The notes under the pieces are model-generated. The model did not search any database, was not told the DNA's origin, and saw only the letters and a list, made by a program, of their open reading frames with translations. The translations under genes and the position numbers were made by a program. A stretch of DNA of 64,000 bases from a virus. Each line of letters begins with the position of its first letter. The stretch's first letter is position 1. Of the stretch, positions 30,269 to 41,534 are shown piece by piece. The stretch is taken from positions 319,950-383,949 of IMG/VR virus record IMGVR_UViG_3300045988_180880; one strand, written 5' to 3'.

Positions 30269-30910
30269 ATGAAAGAAGCAGATTTATACTATACTGGAAC
30301 AATTGTAGAAGTTTTAGATAAAGTATTGTATGAAATAAAGGTGGATATCCCAGGAATAAAATCGGGAGTTAAGGCATTTCCATTTAGAGGAGAAGTAGAT
30401 GAGCCAAGAGTAGGTGATTTCGTATTTCTTAAGTGTCTTGATCCAGTATTTCAGAGTTATTACTTATATCAAAAAATAAAAGAAAATGATTATATAGGTT
30501 TTAGAAGTAATGGAAAAATGGTAGATATTACACCTGATTATATAAGGGTTGCTATTTTTGATCCAGGAACTGAGTATAATGATCCAAATAATAATCCTAG
30601 ACCTGAACCAACCGATTGGGTGACTATAGATAAAGATGGAAACATGGATATTAATATGAGATCTAATGTAACTATCAATATAGGAAAAAATTGTGATGTT
30701 ACTATAAATGGGAAAACAAATGTAGAATTAGTTGGATCTGCAGTAGTTAAAGGATCTGATATTACACTTAAAGGTCCTGGAACATTAACAGTAAAGGGTA
30801 AAGTAGTAGCGGGAGGACATACAGCTCTCGGACCTTTTGTATTATCACCTACTTTCTTAACTCCAGGATCTCCTATACCTACATCAGATACTATATTATT
30901 AGAGAGTTGA
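30269..30910 (+). CDS. baseplate central spike (gpV / Mu gp45-like)
   Basis: N-terminal OB-like segment (YTGTIVEVLDKVLYEIKVDIPG..PRVGDFVFLKC). C-terminal short beta-helix-like repeats (NVTINIGKNCDVTINGKTNVELVGSAVVKGSDITLKGPGTLTVKG). Confidence 0.5.
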   Translation: MKEADLYYTGTIVEVLDKVLYEIKVDIPGIKSGVKAFPFRGEVDEPRVGDFVFLKCLDPVFQSYYLYQKIKENDYIGFRSNGKMVDITPDYIRVAIFDPGTEYNDPNNNPRPEPTDWVTIDKDGNMDINMRSNVTINIGKNCDVTINGKTNVELVGSAVVKGSDITLKGPGTLTVKGKVVAGGHTALGPFVLSPTFLTPGSPIPTSDTILLES

Positions 30911-30916
30911 TATATT

Positions 30917-31693
30917 ATGAAAAATTTATTAAGTGCATTGTCTGCTAAAGCAGCTCAATCAATATCATTAAAGAAATATCAAGATTCTCTTCCTGAGTTT
31001 AAGGATGAATCTAATGAAATAAAAGATCCTGAAGCAAAAAAGAAATATAAAGAAACTCTAGATAATGCTAAGGAGGATATGAAGAAAAGAGGAGAGGAAA
31101 TGTTGGATAAAGCTAATGAAAAACTTGGTCAGATGTATAATCAAATGATAGAAGATTTCAATGAGCTTGGACAAGATTTAGGTCATCTTTCAGTAGGAAC
31201 AGCTCAATTTGCTGCGAGAATTGCAATGGTTCCTCCAGCATTGATTTCTGTAACTCCTATGGGTCCTGGCGTTTCTGCTCAATTAGCTCCTCCATTACTT
31301 CAACAACTTAAAGCTGAAGGAGATAATCTTAGTGCAGTTTATGATAGAGTTGATGCTAAGGTAAGTAAACTAGGATTAAAATCTCTTATGGGAACTATAC
31401 CGGTCGTTGGATCTGTAATGAGTATTGTAGAAACTACACAGGCAGTTGCTAAACCATTAATTGCACTAGTTGGAGCTAATGTTGGTGATATCATTGATGA
31501 TCTTCCTATTCCTGAAATAGAAATACCAATACCTATTCCTGACTTAAGTGCAGCAAATTGTTCTGCTTTTTCTCCAAAAGATTTAGATCTTACGAATATA
31601 TCAGCATCTAACTGTAGTAAATTTGTAGCTCTCAATGATGATGATCCTACAGTTAAATGTAATAATTGTAAAAATTATAAATCAAGATTATGA
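30917..31693 (+). CDS. hypothetical baseplate-module protein
   Basis: 258 aa with an N-terminal charged coiled region and a Cys-containing C-terminus (CSAF..CSKF..CNNCKNY). Confidence 0.6.
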   Translation: MKNLLSALSAKAAQSISLKKYQDSLPEFKDESNEIKDPEAKKKYKETLDNAKEDMKKRGEEMLDKANEKLGQMYNQMIEDFNELGQDLGHLSVGTAQFAARIAMVPPALISVTPMGPGVSAQLAPPLLQQLKAEGDNLSAVYDRVDAKVSKLGLKSLMGTIPVVGSVMSIVETTQAVAKPLIALVGANVGDIIDDLPIPEIEIPIPIPDLSAANCSAFSPKDLDLTNISASNCSKFVALNDDDPTVKCNNCKNYKSRL

Positions 31694-32034
31694 ATTACCT
31701 ACTTTCAACAGGTCAAATAACAAATCAAGTGGAGTATTATATTATAGATCTTTTCAAACTCTACTTAAATATCTGGCCAAAGGATATTCCAGGAGCATCT
31801 AAAATTGGATTTAACTTTATTTTTACTAATACCAAGAAAAAAGATTTAGCATCTGAAATTACTGGTAGGGTAGAACAGTTAATAACAAAAATAAAAGAGA
31901 AATTTACAAAAACACTTGATATAAAAATTGTTTCACTCGACTTAATAGATGAAACAAAAGTAAAACTAGTAATAAGTGTTAATCAGGTAGAGTCTGATGA
32001 TATACTAGTTGATATAAATGAAACAACAGGATAA
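31690..32034 (+). CDS. baseplate wedge protein (gpW / gp25-like)
   Basis: 114 aa, the typical size, and located directly before the J-like gene. IWPKDIPGASKIGFNFIF resembles the gp25-family segment. Confidence 0.5.
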   Translation: MNYLLSTGQITNQVEYYIIDLFKLYLNIWPKDIPGASKIGFNFIFTNTKKKDLASEITGRVEQLITKIKEKFTKTLDIKIVSLDLIDETKVKLVISVNQVESDDILVDINETTG

Positions 32035-32039
32035 TTATT

Positions 32040-33530
32040 ATGAAATCATTACAAGATTATATAGATATTTATAGAGGAATAGCTAATAAACTTAATATTA
32101 CCGGAGATTCTGTAGAGATTTTATCTCAGATGTTAGCTAATGCATCTTTTATTAGTGAAGTAGAAAACATAGCCTATGCACAAGAAGCATCTCTTGAGAA
32201 ATCTACACTTATCAATTCAAAGATTCAACATTGTGTAGATGATATGTATTCGGTGTTTCGTGGTAGTTGTCCTCGCGTAATTCTTAATATAAAACCCACT
32301 AAGTATTTAAGTTTTAATATCTATGATGAAATTATAAGTTCTAATAGTTTTAAGGCTTATTACTTAGGGTATTATGATAAAAATTATACACGGCCGGGAG
32401 GTTATGGAAATGATAAAGATATAGCTGGAGACGAAGGTTTTGTATATTCTCCAATTACAATGTCTCCGGCCGTGAATGATACTGATACTTATACTATTAT
32501 ATGTCTAATTGCAAAAGAAACTGTTTCTAGAAAGTGGGTCTTAAATCAAAACAATACTTATTATGTTAATTGTCTAGAAAATGATCTCTCTGATGATTTT
32601 TGGGTTAAAGTTAATGATAATTTCTTCTCAACAACTAGATTATTTTCAGGACATATATTAGATGGTAGTATTTTTGATCTTACTCTCCCTGGATTTGGTT
32701 CTAGACTTTATGTAGCAGATATCTTTAGAACAGTGATGGAAAGAGAAGAAACACAGACTCCAGCAAATACAGTAGTAGAAGCTCTTTATTATAAATTTTC
32801 AACACTCTTGGGGTATAATACTTCAGAATTAAAAAAGCTTAATATTCGTGGAGCTGAGATGGTAGAATTTGATCCTTCTTGGTTGAGTGGACGAAATTAT
32901 GAAATCTTAGGAACTGGTCTTGCTAGTATGTCTGAAGTTGATAGAGATAACTTAATTACTATCCATTACAAAGCTAATCGTGATAGATATGTGAATTCAA
33001 TTTTACGTAGTAATTCTGATATTGGTACTGTACTTGAAGAGACTTATCCAAATAAAATCATTTCAGGTGGAACAACTTATAGATTTAGTAGTTCAGCACA
33101 AAGTAATTCTATCACTATCTACTATGTTCCATACTCTAATTCTACAATTTTAACAGAAGATGAAAAAACTAATTTTATTGAAACTAAAGGAGCTTACTAT
33201 ATAACTGATAAAATTACTATAGAAAGAGGATCTCAATATACAGCTATTTTTAACTTAGATGTAGAGATATATCAAAATAGTAGTATAGATTCAGAAGTTG
33301 GTGATATCTTGGATAATTATAGTAATAAGTTCAATATTAAATTTCCAGAGTTAACAGAAGAAATAAAATCTCTTATAAGTAAAATATCTAACGTAAAGAG
33401 AATAATTGACATGGAAATAACTTATACTAATGAAGATGGTTCTGTAGTTTCTCCTGAGATTGTATATGGAGAAGGGAATGTTGTATATTTCTCAATTAAC
33501 TACATTATTAATTCAGTTATAGAATCATGA
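32040..33530 (+). CDS. baseplate wedge protein (gpJ / gp6-like)
   Basis: 496-aa ORF following the W-like gene. Called by synteny and size. Confidence 0.5.
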   Translation: MKSLQDYIDIYRGIANKLNITGDSVEILSQMLANASFISEVENIAYAQEASLEKSTLINSKIQHCVDDMYSVFRGSCPRVILNIKPTKYLSFNIYDEIISSNSFKAYYLGYYDKNYTRPGGYGNDKDIAGDEGFVYSPITMSPAVNDTDTYTIICLIAKETVSRKWVLNQNNTYYVNCLENDLSDDFWVKVNDNFFSTTRLFSGHILDGSIFDLTLPGFGSRLYVADIFRTVMEREETQTPANTVVEALYYKFSTLLGYNTSELKKLNIRGAEMVEFDPSWLSGRNYEILGTGLASMSEVDRDNLITIHYKANRDRYVNSILRSNSDIGTVLEETYPNKIISGGTTYRFSSSAQSNSITIYYVPYSNSTILTEDEKTNFIETKGAYYITDKITIERGSQYTAIFNLDVEIYQNSSIDSEVGDILDNYSNKFNIKFPELTEEIKSLISKISNVKRIIDMEITYTNEDGSVVSPEIVYGEGNVVYFSINYIINSVIES

Positions 33531-34090
33531 AAATATATATACCTAAACACTTAAGAAATATAGAAATCATAGATCAGCTTTATAGAATGATTGAAGATTA
33601 CGAGGAACAATATTCTTCAGTAGTTTCAACTCAACAAGGTTCATTTGATGATTATTATATTTATTCTGGAAGTGATCCGGTGAAAAATTTCTTGAGATTA
33701 TGTATTCCAAAATCAAGTCTCCCAGATAATCAAGATTACGAAGAGGTTATAAACTATCTTAGTAAATTATTTTATAGTGTAAAAGGAACTATTCAAGTAT
33801 TTAATTATATGATACAGTATCTTCCTTTAGATTTCGATGGAGAGATTATATATGACTCAGGAGAAATAACAGTAAACTTTGAGAACTTAAGTGTAGAAAA
33901 TGAAAGCTTATTTTACGAACTTCTTAAGAAATTTTTAGATGCACTTATATATTATACCAGACTTAATACTAATATAGGTTCTGGAAGTATAGATCTAACT
34001 ATTCAAAGTAAGTTTCAGAATTATATTGGAGCAAACTTAAGAAGCTATAACAAAATGACAGTAACGCCCTATGAAATTGATTATCAATAA
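33527..34090 (+). CDS. baseplate wedge protein (gpI / Mu gp48 position)
   Basis: 187 aa, overlaps the J-like gene by 4 nt. Synteny only. Confidence 0.35.
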   Translation: MKIYIPKHLRNIEIIDQLYRMIEDYEEQYSSVVSTQQGSFDDYYIYSGSDPVKNFLRLCIPKSSLPDNQDYEEVINYLSKLFYSVKGTIQVFNYMIQYLPLDFDGEIIYDSGEITVNFENLSVENESLFYELLKKFLDALIYYTRLNTNIGSGSIDLTIQSKFQNYIGANLRSYNKMTVTPYEIDYQ

Positions 34091-36086
34091 TAACAATTTT
34101 ACGGATATCGGAACAGTAGTGTTTTACAGTCAAGATGACCTAGATAACCGTGAATACAGTAAAGTTCAGTACAGATCTAACAGTTCTTTACTTTACAATA
34201 GAGACTTTAGTGAGTATGACTTTTCGTATAACATCACTAAAGATAAGTTTAATGATAAATTTTTAGTAAATTATCTAGGAGAAAAAACCCTGAAAGAAAT
34301 CGGAGAAACATCAAATTCCCTAGAAAAAATAGAATCAATAATATTCCCAACATCCTCTAGAGAAAATTTAACAGAGGAAAATGATAGATATTTCGGAACT
34401 ACTATAATATCCAATCAGGTATTCGCTCTTTTTAAAGCCGCCGCTGGAATTAAACGTCTGGAGTTATATGAGGGAATAATCGATAAAAATAATAACAACT
34501 CTAGAGGTAGTGACTTTATAGATACTGATTCAATGGCCGCCGCTGGAATTAAACCTACTTCTATTCCTAACTTTATATTAATTTTAGGACAACCAGACGA
34601 GACTACAAGCGGCGAGGATTTAGTAAGCGAGAAAGAACTCCTTGATGAAGTTACTGGAGAGAAGATGATTTGGATGCTAATTTCTAATAACTCTGAGGTG
34701 GAGAGTGTAAATCTATCTTATAAATCATGGGTAGATAGTACAAATCCTAACAGAAATATGAATAAGTATCTTCTTAGAAATGATGAATACTGGTCTACAA
34801 TAGATTCAGTTGGGATAATAGAGACTGTTGAAGATGTTCCAGAGATTCTAATTGATGCGAATTCTAGTACTCTCTTAGGAAATGAGAAAATAGAAGATAA
34901 TAGATTATTAATTCTAGGAAATAAACGAGGATTAATTGAGATGTATAAAGGAGCCGGAGATTATCCTAAGTACTTTCCTTTTACTACGTATAAAATTGGA
35001 GATAAAGTAATTCTAGGTGGAAAAGTTTGGGAATCAGTATCAGATAATAACTTTAATAATAATCCGGCGCTCTCATCTAAGTGGATTCTTTCAGAGTTTC
35101 TAAATATAAATAAACCAATTAGAATAGTTGTATCAGTAACCCCAGAAATCGGAGGAACTTGCAACCCTATTGGAATAATATCTATCCCTTCTGTCAAAAC
35201 TCCTATTGATTTTAAAATATATCCTAATCCTGGATATGTTTTGAATGAAGATATACCATGTCTACTTGATGTGAAAGATTTAATTCCATTTCCGCCAAGT
35301 AATAATTTTAATTATAATATTCCAAATAACCTAATAACAGTAACTAATTGGGAAGAGGTTCTAAAAACGAATCATCTAATCTTCAACCTAAAATATACAG
35401 GATCTTATATAATCTTGAAAGCTATGATATCTGGAGAAAGTGATGTATATGATTATGGTGAATGGAAAAGAAAATTTGGAGAAAATAACTTTATAGTATC
35501 TGAATTAATTATAGGTGATGAAACTAAATATGATCCTTATATACAAGAAGATGGTAAAGTAGATGTCCTAATTAATCAGAGAGCAGAAATTAGAATACCA
35601 GAACTTTCAGGGTATATTATTTCAAGAGTCTTAGCAAAATATGAAAATGGAGATCCAGATGCACCAGAAATATATTATCCGGAACAAATCAATACCGTTA
35701 ATAGTATTGTGATTCCTGAAGTTAATTTCTCGGCTGCTACTCTTACATTAGAACTTAGTAGTAAACGAGTAACTATTAGTATTATAGAGTTCTCTGGGTT
35801 TGAAGTATCTAATAATTCATTAAAGATAAATTCTGGAGGTAATGCTGTATTTAAGTTTATTTCTGAAGATTATCCAAATAGTAACTTGGAAAAAGTTATT
35901 ATAGAAGACTCTCAAGGAAATTCATTAACTATTAATAAATTTACAGCAAATGGAAGTATTCAGAGTTTCGGTCCATCTCAGGTATCACTCAGGTCTGCAA
36001 ATATAAATACTCCAGAAGAAGGAGAATATACCTTGAAGTTAATGAATATATATTATAATACAACCATAAAACTTATAAAGAGATAA
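34071..36086 (+). CDS. tail fibre / receptor-binding protein candidate
   Basis: 671 aa in the first post-baseplate position. Carbohydrate-binding-like motif YKIGDKVILGGKVWESVSDNNFNNNPALSSKW. Contains an in-frame 19-nt exact repeat (AAAGIK). Confidence 0.5.
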   Translation: MKLIINNNNFTDIGTVVFYSQDDLDNREYSKVQYRSNSSLLYNRDFSEYDFSYNITKDKFNDKFLVNYLGEKTLKEIGETSNSLEKIESIIFPTSSRENLTEENDRYFGTTIISNQVFALFKAAAGIKRLELYEGIIDKNNNNSRGSDFIDTDSMAAAGIKPTSIPNFILILGQPDETTSGEDLVSEKELLDEVTGEKMIWMLISNNSEVESVNLSYKSWVDSTNPNRNMNKYLLRNDEYWSTIDSVGIIETVEDVPEILIDANSSTLLGNEKIEDNRLLILGNKRGLIEMYKGAGDYPKYFPFTTYKIGDKVILGGKVWESVSDNNFNNNPALSSKWILSEFLNINKPIRIVVSVTPEIGGTCNPIGIISIPSVKTPIDFKIYPNPGYVLNEDIPCLLDVKDLIPFPPSNNFNYNIPNNLITVTNWEEVLKTNHLIFNLKYTGSYIILKAMISGESDVYDYGEWKRKFGENNFIVSELIIGDETKYDPYIQEDGKVDVLINQRAEIRIPELSGYIISRVLAKYENGDPDAPEIYYPEQINTVNSIVIPEVNFSAATLTLELSSKRVTISIIEFSGFEVSNNSLKINSGGNAVFKFISEDYPNSNLEKVIIEDSQGNSLTINKFTANGSIQSFGPSQVSLRSANINTPEEGEYTLKLMNIYYNTTIKLIKR

Positions 36087-36087
36087 T

Positions 36088-37266
36088 ATGATACTAAATA
36101 ATACACACGTTCAAGGACTGTTTTTGTATTCAGAAGAAACTGAATATGAGAAAGGGGATTTTGTTGTCTATGGAAATACTATCTATATCTGTACAGCTAA
36201 AAATCCAACTAATAAAACAAATAATACTGTTTCTGGTGTTATTCCTGAAGAGAGTTCTGATAATTATTCACCATATTTAGGAGATAAATTAAATAACATA
36301 GAAGAGTATTTTAATTATATAAATCATTCAGAAGAAGAACAAGGCAAAGAAGATAAATTAATTACTGCACATCTTCTATCTCAAATTTTATCCACATACA
36401 TGATAGGATTTGATGAAAAAGGTATAATTTCTGAATATGTTTATCTTAATTCTGGAGATGATTCATTATCTATTTCTTCTGAGTTATCTGATTTTCTGAA
36501 CGGAACTGGAATTGACTCTAAAAATATCTTATCAATGATCTTAATCTCTCCAGAAATTAATAATGCTGTATTTAAGATATCGAGAAATCTTCCAGAAATA
36601 AGTGAGGTTATATTTAATGATGCTTCTGATATTTATCCAGAAGACGCTAATTATGTAATTCTACGACAATACACTTATACTAATGAACCTAACTCAGATT
36701 CTATTTATAGACTTCAAGAATTAATAGATCCTATGGGTTCAGTTGTTAGATATAGATACGGAAAAGGTTATAATAATGGAGATCAGAATACTTTTGATAG
36801 CGTTACTTCTTGGTTACCTAGTAGTATTGATAAAGATTGGATGGAAAATATAAAAAAACTTGAAAAACTTTACCTAGATAAAATCGAAGAATTAAATAAC
36901 TTAGAAAAATCATTAGTAAATAATTTCCGTTTTAAAGAATATCCAATTCCAGAAACAGCTAATGTAATAGAATTTCAATGTACTGATAATACAAAAGATA
37001 ACTACCTTCCTGTATCTGGATTTGATAAGGAGTCATTTATTCTTACAGTAATTACACAGGAAAATAATACAAATACAACAATTTCTGTAGATCTTCTTGA
37101 CGCCTATATGAGTCATGATGCAATTTCTAGTTATTACTTAACAGATAGTAGCGCTCTTGTTATAGTTCCTGGAAAAACAGAGGGAAATAAAGGAGAAATT
37201 GTCAGACTTTATGTGACTAGTGGAAACATAGTGAATATATTTTATAGAGATAAGTACAAGAAATGA
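36088..37266 (+). CDS. tail fibre-associated protein candidate
   Basis: 392 aa. The N-terminal YEKGDFVVYGNTIYICTAKNPTN motif resembles the one in the preceding ORF. Confidence 0.45.
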   Translation: MILNNTHVQGLFLYSEETEYEKGDFVVYGNTIYICTAKNPTNKTNNTVSGVIPEESSDNYSPYLGDKLNNIEEYFNYINHSEEEQGKEDKLITAHLLSQILSTYMIGFDEKGIISEYVYLNSGDDSLSISSELSDFLNGTGIDSKNILSMILISPEINNAVFKISRNLPEISEVIFNDASDIYPEDANYVILRQYTYTNEPNSDSIYRLQELIDPMGSVVRYRYGKGYNNGDQNTFDSVTSWLPSSIDKDWMENIKKLEKLYLDKIEELNNLEKSLVNNFRFKEYPIPETANVIEFQCTDNTKDNYLPVSGFDKESFILTVITQENNTNTTISVDLLDAYMSHDAISSYYLTDSSALVIVPGKTEGNKGEIVRLYVTSGNIVNIFYRDKYKK

Positions 37267-38150
37267 AAAAGATAGAATTAATAACCACTACTTCCGATAA
37301 TATTTCTATATCACAAGTAACAGGACAAGAAAATGAGAAAGAATTTTACTTAACTGGAAATAATCGAGCATTAGTATGTAATGATTCAAATTATAGAATG
37401 ACCAGAATATCTGAGTTAAGTAATAAATTAAAACTCAGAGATTGGAATGTAACTAATCGGAGGTTTGTTATCCCAGGTGAAGATGGCTCAGAAGGGAATC
37501 TACGAGTATGTATTGATGATTATTCTAAAGGTTCTGGAATAATAAATGAGGTTGATGAAGATACAAGAAGTATTGAAATTGATAAATATGAATTAACTGA
37601 AGAAGAAAAAACTCAATTTAATTCATATCTAGATTACCTCAAGAATAATAAAAATAATTACTTAAAAGAAATATATAACTTATATAATAGTATGAATAAT
37701 AACGAAATTTATTTGTATAGTACTTCAAAAAATGTGGTTGATATTCTAAACAATTCTATTACTATCGATGTTATACCATTCAATTCTGATATCTATACCA
37801 ATACAGTAGATTTAACAGAACTAATAAATTATTCCGTTAGTCCTGGAGTTTCTACCAAAATTGATCTTGGAATTCAATATTCTAAGTATGAAACTAAGTA
37901 TGTCGAGGATCCTGAAGATAAAGAAAAATTAATTTTAGTAGGTAACGAAAAGTTATATTCCAAAGAAACAACATTCTCAGGACCTAGATATAATAAACAA
38001 GGAGAATTAGTTTCTAAAGACTACATAGAAGAAATTGGATCTGATATTGTAATTGAATGTATTAATAATATTATTAGAGTTGTATCTAAATCAACTGACA
38101 TAGATGAATGTATTATTAGTAATTGTACAATAACTTATGGAAAATTATAA
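37263..38150 (+). CDS. hypothetical structural protein
   Basis: 295-aa ORF with 4-nt overlap coupling inside the fibre block. Confidence 0.6.
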   Translation: MKKIELITTTSDNISISQVTGQENEKEFYLTGNNRALVCNDSNYRMTRISELSNKLKLRDWNVTNRRFVIPGEDGSEGNLRVCIDDYSKGSGIINEVDEDTRSIEIDKYELTEEEKTQFNSYLDYLKNNKNNYLKEIYNLYNSMNNNEIYLYSTSKNVVDILNNSITIDVIPFNSDIYTNTVDLTELINYSVSPGVSTKIDLGIQYSKYETKYVEDPEDKEKLILVGNEKLYSKETTFSGPRYNKQGELVSKDYIEEIGSDIVIECINNIIRVVSKSTDIDECIISNCTITYGKL

Positions 38151-39732
38151 CACAGGATATAGTACTTATGTTATTGGAAATTCTAGTAATATATCCAATA
38201 GCTTAGAAGTAATACTATATAATAAAAATGATGATTGGGATCCTAAGTTACCAAAAATATCTCTCTATAATATTAAACAAGTTTACTCTAGCCTGCTTAC
38301 TTCCTCTGGTGGTAATTATATTAGATTAAGTCGAACTACTTCTAAAGAACCGTTTAAATACAAAAATAATCTTCCTTCTGGATTTACTGTAATAATTTAT
38401 ATGAGTGTAATAGATAATACTCCTATTGGTTATACAGAATTTTTAAATCCTCAAGGAAAGGGTAGTAATATAAATATTTATGTATCTTTAGATTCTAGTA
38501 TATCTAGTCAAATCCAGATAAATCTTAGTAATTCTTTGGATCAACTAAAGAATAATTCAACAACTGGAAAAAACTTCTTAGATGATATAAATTTATATAA
38601 CTACCCTGGAGCGAAAACTATAAAGCAGGACCTAGGAACTGATAATTACCCTAGATATACTTCTCATGTATACCATATTCAAGATAATGAACAAATGAAT
38701 CTTCTCTTGGATTATGGTATTGGAAATAGTACTGGTTTTCATAAAATCAATTTGAATCATGATGTTAATATAGATCCTTACTCACATAATTATGAAAATC
38801 ATCAAATTGGATTTTATGGAAAAGATATTGTATTATATTCTTGGACAGGTAATAAATATTCTATTAAATCTTTGGTAAAAAAGACAAGATTTGGTAATCC
38901 TGAAGTATATACGACTTCATCAGGAGCAGACTATTCTATTTTCGAGGATATGAAAAGTAATCAAGAAATATTCTATTTTTCTGGGAGATTTATAATTACT
39001 ATTGGAACTAATTATCCTAGTATTCTTGAATTATATGATACAGAGAAAAGTCAATGGATCTCAACAGATTATCAAAATTTCTTTTTAGATACTCTTGATC
39101 CTAGAAGTAGAATTATATCTATTCCTGGAAATATTTCTAATAAAAGTATTACTAACTACATTCCTAGCATTAATAGCACTTTTTTAAATTTAACTGATTA
39201 TACTAAATACACAAATATCAATATTATCAAAAAAGTTGGAGATTGGTATGTTTTTAAAAATAAACAATCCTCACAAAAAGATTTTCATATCTATAGTTGT
39301 ATTGATAGATTAGTATATACAGTAAATACAGATGAAAGTCCGATACTAATTAATAATAGTCTTTTAATGATTCATACAGTAGATGAAGATCTGGGGTTAG
39401 ATTATTATACTATCTACTATGAACCAGGAATTAGTTATTATACAGAAAGAGCTAGAGCAACATCAAGAAATTCAGAATTAGAGTACTCAGAGGAACTTGG
39501 AATATTAGTTAGTAAGGATGAAGAGTTTGAAAAATATAAGGGATATTATAATGAGGGAAAAATATTAGTAATTCATCGAAATAACCCAACAGGTATATTT
39601 GGAACTATTCTTACAGGATTTAGAAGAAGCTATTTTAAAGCATCTCTCAAAACAGAAGTACCAAAAATTATAGCATCTATCTCTGGACTACTATATTACA
39701 TTGATGAAGATGGATACTTAAATTATATATAA
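38137..39732 (+). CDS. hypothetical structural protein
   Basis: 531-aa ORF, N/S/Y-rich, inside the fibre block. Confidence 0.6.
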   Translation: MENYNTGYSTYVIGNSSNISNSLEVILYNKNDDWDPKLPKISLYNIKQVYSSLLTSSGGNYIRLSRTTSKEPFKYKNNLPSGFTVIIYMSVIDNTPIGYTEFLNPQGKGSNINIYVSLDSSISSQIQINLSNSLDQLKNNSTTGKNFLDDINLYNYPGAKTIKQDLGTDNYPRYTSHVYHIQDNEQMNLLLDYGIGNSTGFHKINLNHDVNIDPYSHNYENHQIGFYGKDIVLYSWTGNKYSIKSLVKKTRFGNPEVYTTSSGADYSIFEDMKSNQEIFYFSGRFIITIGTNYPSILELYDTEKSQWISTDYQNFFLDTLDPRSRIISIPGNISNKSITNYIPSINSTFLNLTDYTKYTNINIIKKVGDWYVFKNKQSSQKDFHIYSCIDRLVYTVNTDESPILINNSLLMIHTVDEDLGLDYYTIYYEPGISYYTERARATSRNSELEYSEELGILVSKDEEFEKYKGYYNEGKILVIHRNNPTGIFGTILTGFRRSYFKASLKTEVPKIIASISGLLYYIDEDGYLNYI

Positions 39733-39736
39733 AATT

Positions 39737-40774
39737 ATGAGAGTTATTTTTGAAAAGGAATTCTTAGAGAGTATAAGAAGGATAGATAACACATTAAAGA
39801 TAACCAAATATGTAATAGGAACAATTTATAATTCATATACAGTTGGAGAAGAATTCATGGAGAAATTATTTTCAGGTTCTTATCTGTATAATGATGTTAG
39901 AAAAACCTCAGAATATCCTCTAAATTCAATCTGGGATAGCAATAAAAAACTCTTAAAAATTAACATTGATATCCCAGAAGAAGAAAAAGCAGCTTTAGTT
40001 GAACCTAGTTCAGAATATTGTTTTATTTATTGCTATGGTATATATCCAGATCGAACAGAAAGAATAGCATTTATAATAACAGAACTAGAGGCTGCTGAAA
40101 GAAAAATAATTAAGTTCAATAAATTAGATTTAAATATATCGTCTAATCTTTTTGAATTATCTTTTCCAGAATATACAGAAGCAAACATTGAAACAATAGC
40201 TGATAGTGATACTGTATTCTTGGAAGGTATAGGTATTGATTATGGAGTTAATATTTTTACCTCTCCTGAAGAAAAAATAGTAACAAAAAAATCTTACTAT
40301 AAATATATAAGAAATAAGAAAACGAGTGGACATAGTAGCTCATTCTTATATAATAATGTATCCGGTGAGAAGATATACAATAACTCTGTGATTAGGCAAA
40401 TTACATCTATTCTATCGTTTTCAGCATTAGAAGATACTAGTAGTCTTAAGAAATCTGGAGGGTATATAAATCTATTAGGAACATTAGAATGTGATATGTA
40501 TAGATTGATAAATGATTATAATATTTCAAAAATAAAAGAAAAAGTTAAAATAGATATAACATCTCTGCCTGTAATTGAAATTTTGGTAAAAGAAAGTAAT
40601 GGACTAGAATTTAGGGTAGATCAACTAAATAAAAGATTAATATATTCTGCTAATACTACTGGAAAAGAGTTAAGTTCGGTAATAGTCTTAAAAATTACTA
40701 ATCTAAATCCAATAACAAAAAAGACAAGTATTATAGAATCAGGAGAGATTAGGTTAACTCAATTTGCAATATAA
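39737..40774 (+). CDS. hypothetical structural protein
   Basis: 345-aa ORF in the fibre block. Confidence 0.6.
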   Translation: MRVIFEKEFLESIRRIDNTLKITKYVIGTIYNSYTVGEEFMEKLFSGSYLYNDVRKTSEYPLNSIWDSNKKLLKINIDIPEEEKAALVEPSSEYCFIYCYGIYPDRTERIAFIITELEAAERKIIKFNKLDLNISSNLFELSFPEYTEANIETIADSDTVFLEGIGIDYGVNIFTSPEEKIVTKKSYYKYIRNKKTSGHSSSFLYNNVSGEKIYNNSVIRQITSILSFSALEDTSSLKKSGGYINLLGTLECDMYRLINDYNISKIKEKVKIDITSLPVIEILVKESNGLEFRVDQLNKRLIYSANTTGKELSSVIVLKITNLNPITKKTSIIESGEIRLTQFAI

Positions 40775-40780
40775 TAAATC

Positions 40781-41497
40781 ATGAAACTATCTTTAAAAGA
40801 ATTTGTTGAGGCTATAACAGAGATAGATAAAAATATAGGATTTTCAAAGTTCGTGAAGTATATTTTTATCTTCTGTTTGGTCTTAGCTATATTTAATTAT
40901 AAAACTATAATAAAGGATACTATAGAAATATATTCTGAGATTTCTGATAAGATACATTCTGAGAAGATGGAACTTAGAGATCAGTTATTAGTAGAATTAA
41001 AACCTCTCCTTACAGAGTTCAGAAGCAATTCTAGAGCTGATAGAATACTATACTTCGAATATCATAATTCTAAAGAAAATCTAATATCTATTCCCTTCAA
41101 ATACGTAGAACTTCTCCAACAAGATAACGGTTTTGCTGTACCTTCCATAGATCCAGAACAGTATAAAAGTATAAATACTGGATTGATTACTAGTATCTAT
41201 GAAGATATTAAGTTTGGAGAAATTGTATACTGTGATGGTCCAAGGGATAGCGTATTTATGGAAAAATACCCTGGGATATACGAATTAGTAAATAGTAGAG
41301 ATAGTTCTAAAAGACAAATATTTATTAGTATTCCTGGAATAAATCAACCTATTGGATTAATCATTCTGGAGTGGATAAATGAATCTAATATAGAGTTGAA
41401 TGTAGAAGAAATTAAGAAAACTGCTACTTATAATTATATACCACGAATAAATGCCTTAATTCTATCAAAGTCGCCCGATAGAAACAAGTGGTTATAA
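40781..41497 (+). CDS. hypothetical membrane-anchored protein
   Basis: 238 aa with an N-terminal hydrophobic helix (FVKYIFIFCLVLAIFNY). Confidence 0.6.
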   Translation: MKLSLKEFVEAITEIDKNIGFSKFVKYIFIFCLVLAIFNYKTIIKDTIEIYSEISDKIHSEKMELRDQLLVELKPLLTEFRSNSRADRILYFEYHNSKENLISIPFKYVELLQQDNGFAVPSIDPEQYKSINTGLITSIYEDIKFGEIVYCDGPRDSVFMEKYPGIYELVNSRDSSKRQIFISIPGINQPIGLIILEWINESNIELNVEEIKKTATYNYIPRINALILSKSPDRNKWL

Positions 41498-41534
41498 TTA
41501 TGAATAAAATAAATAACAATAAAAACAAAAATTT

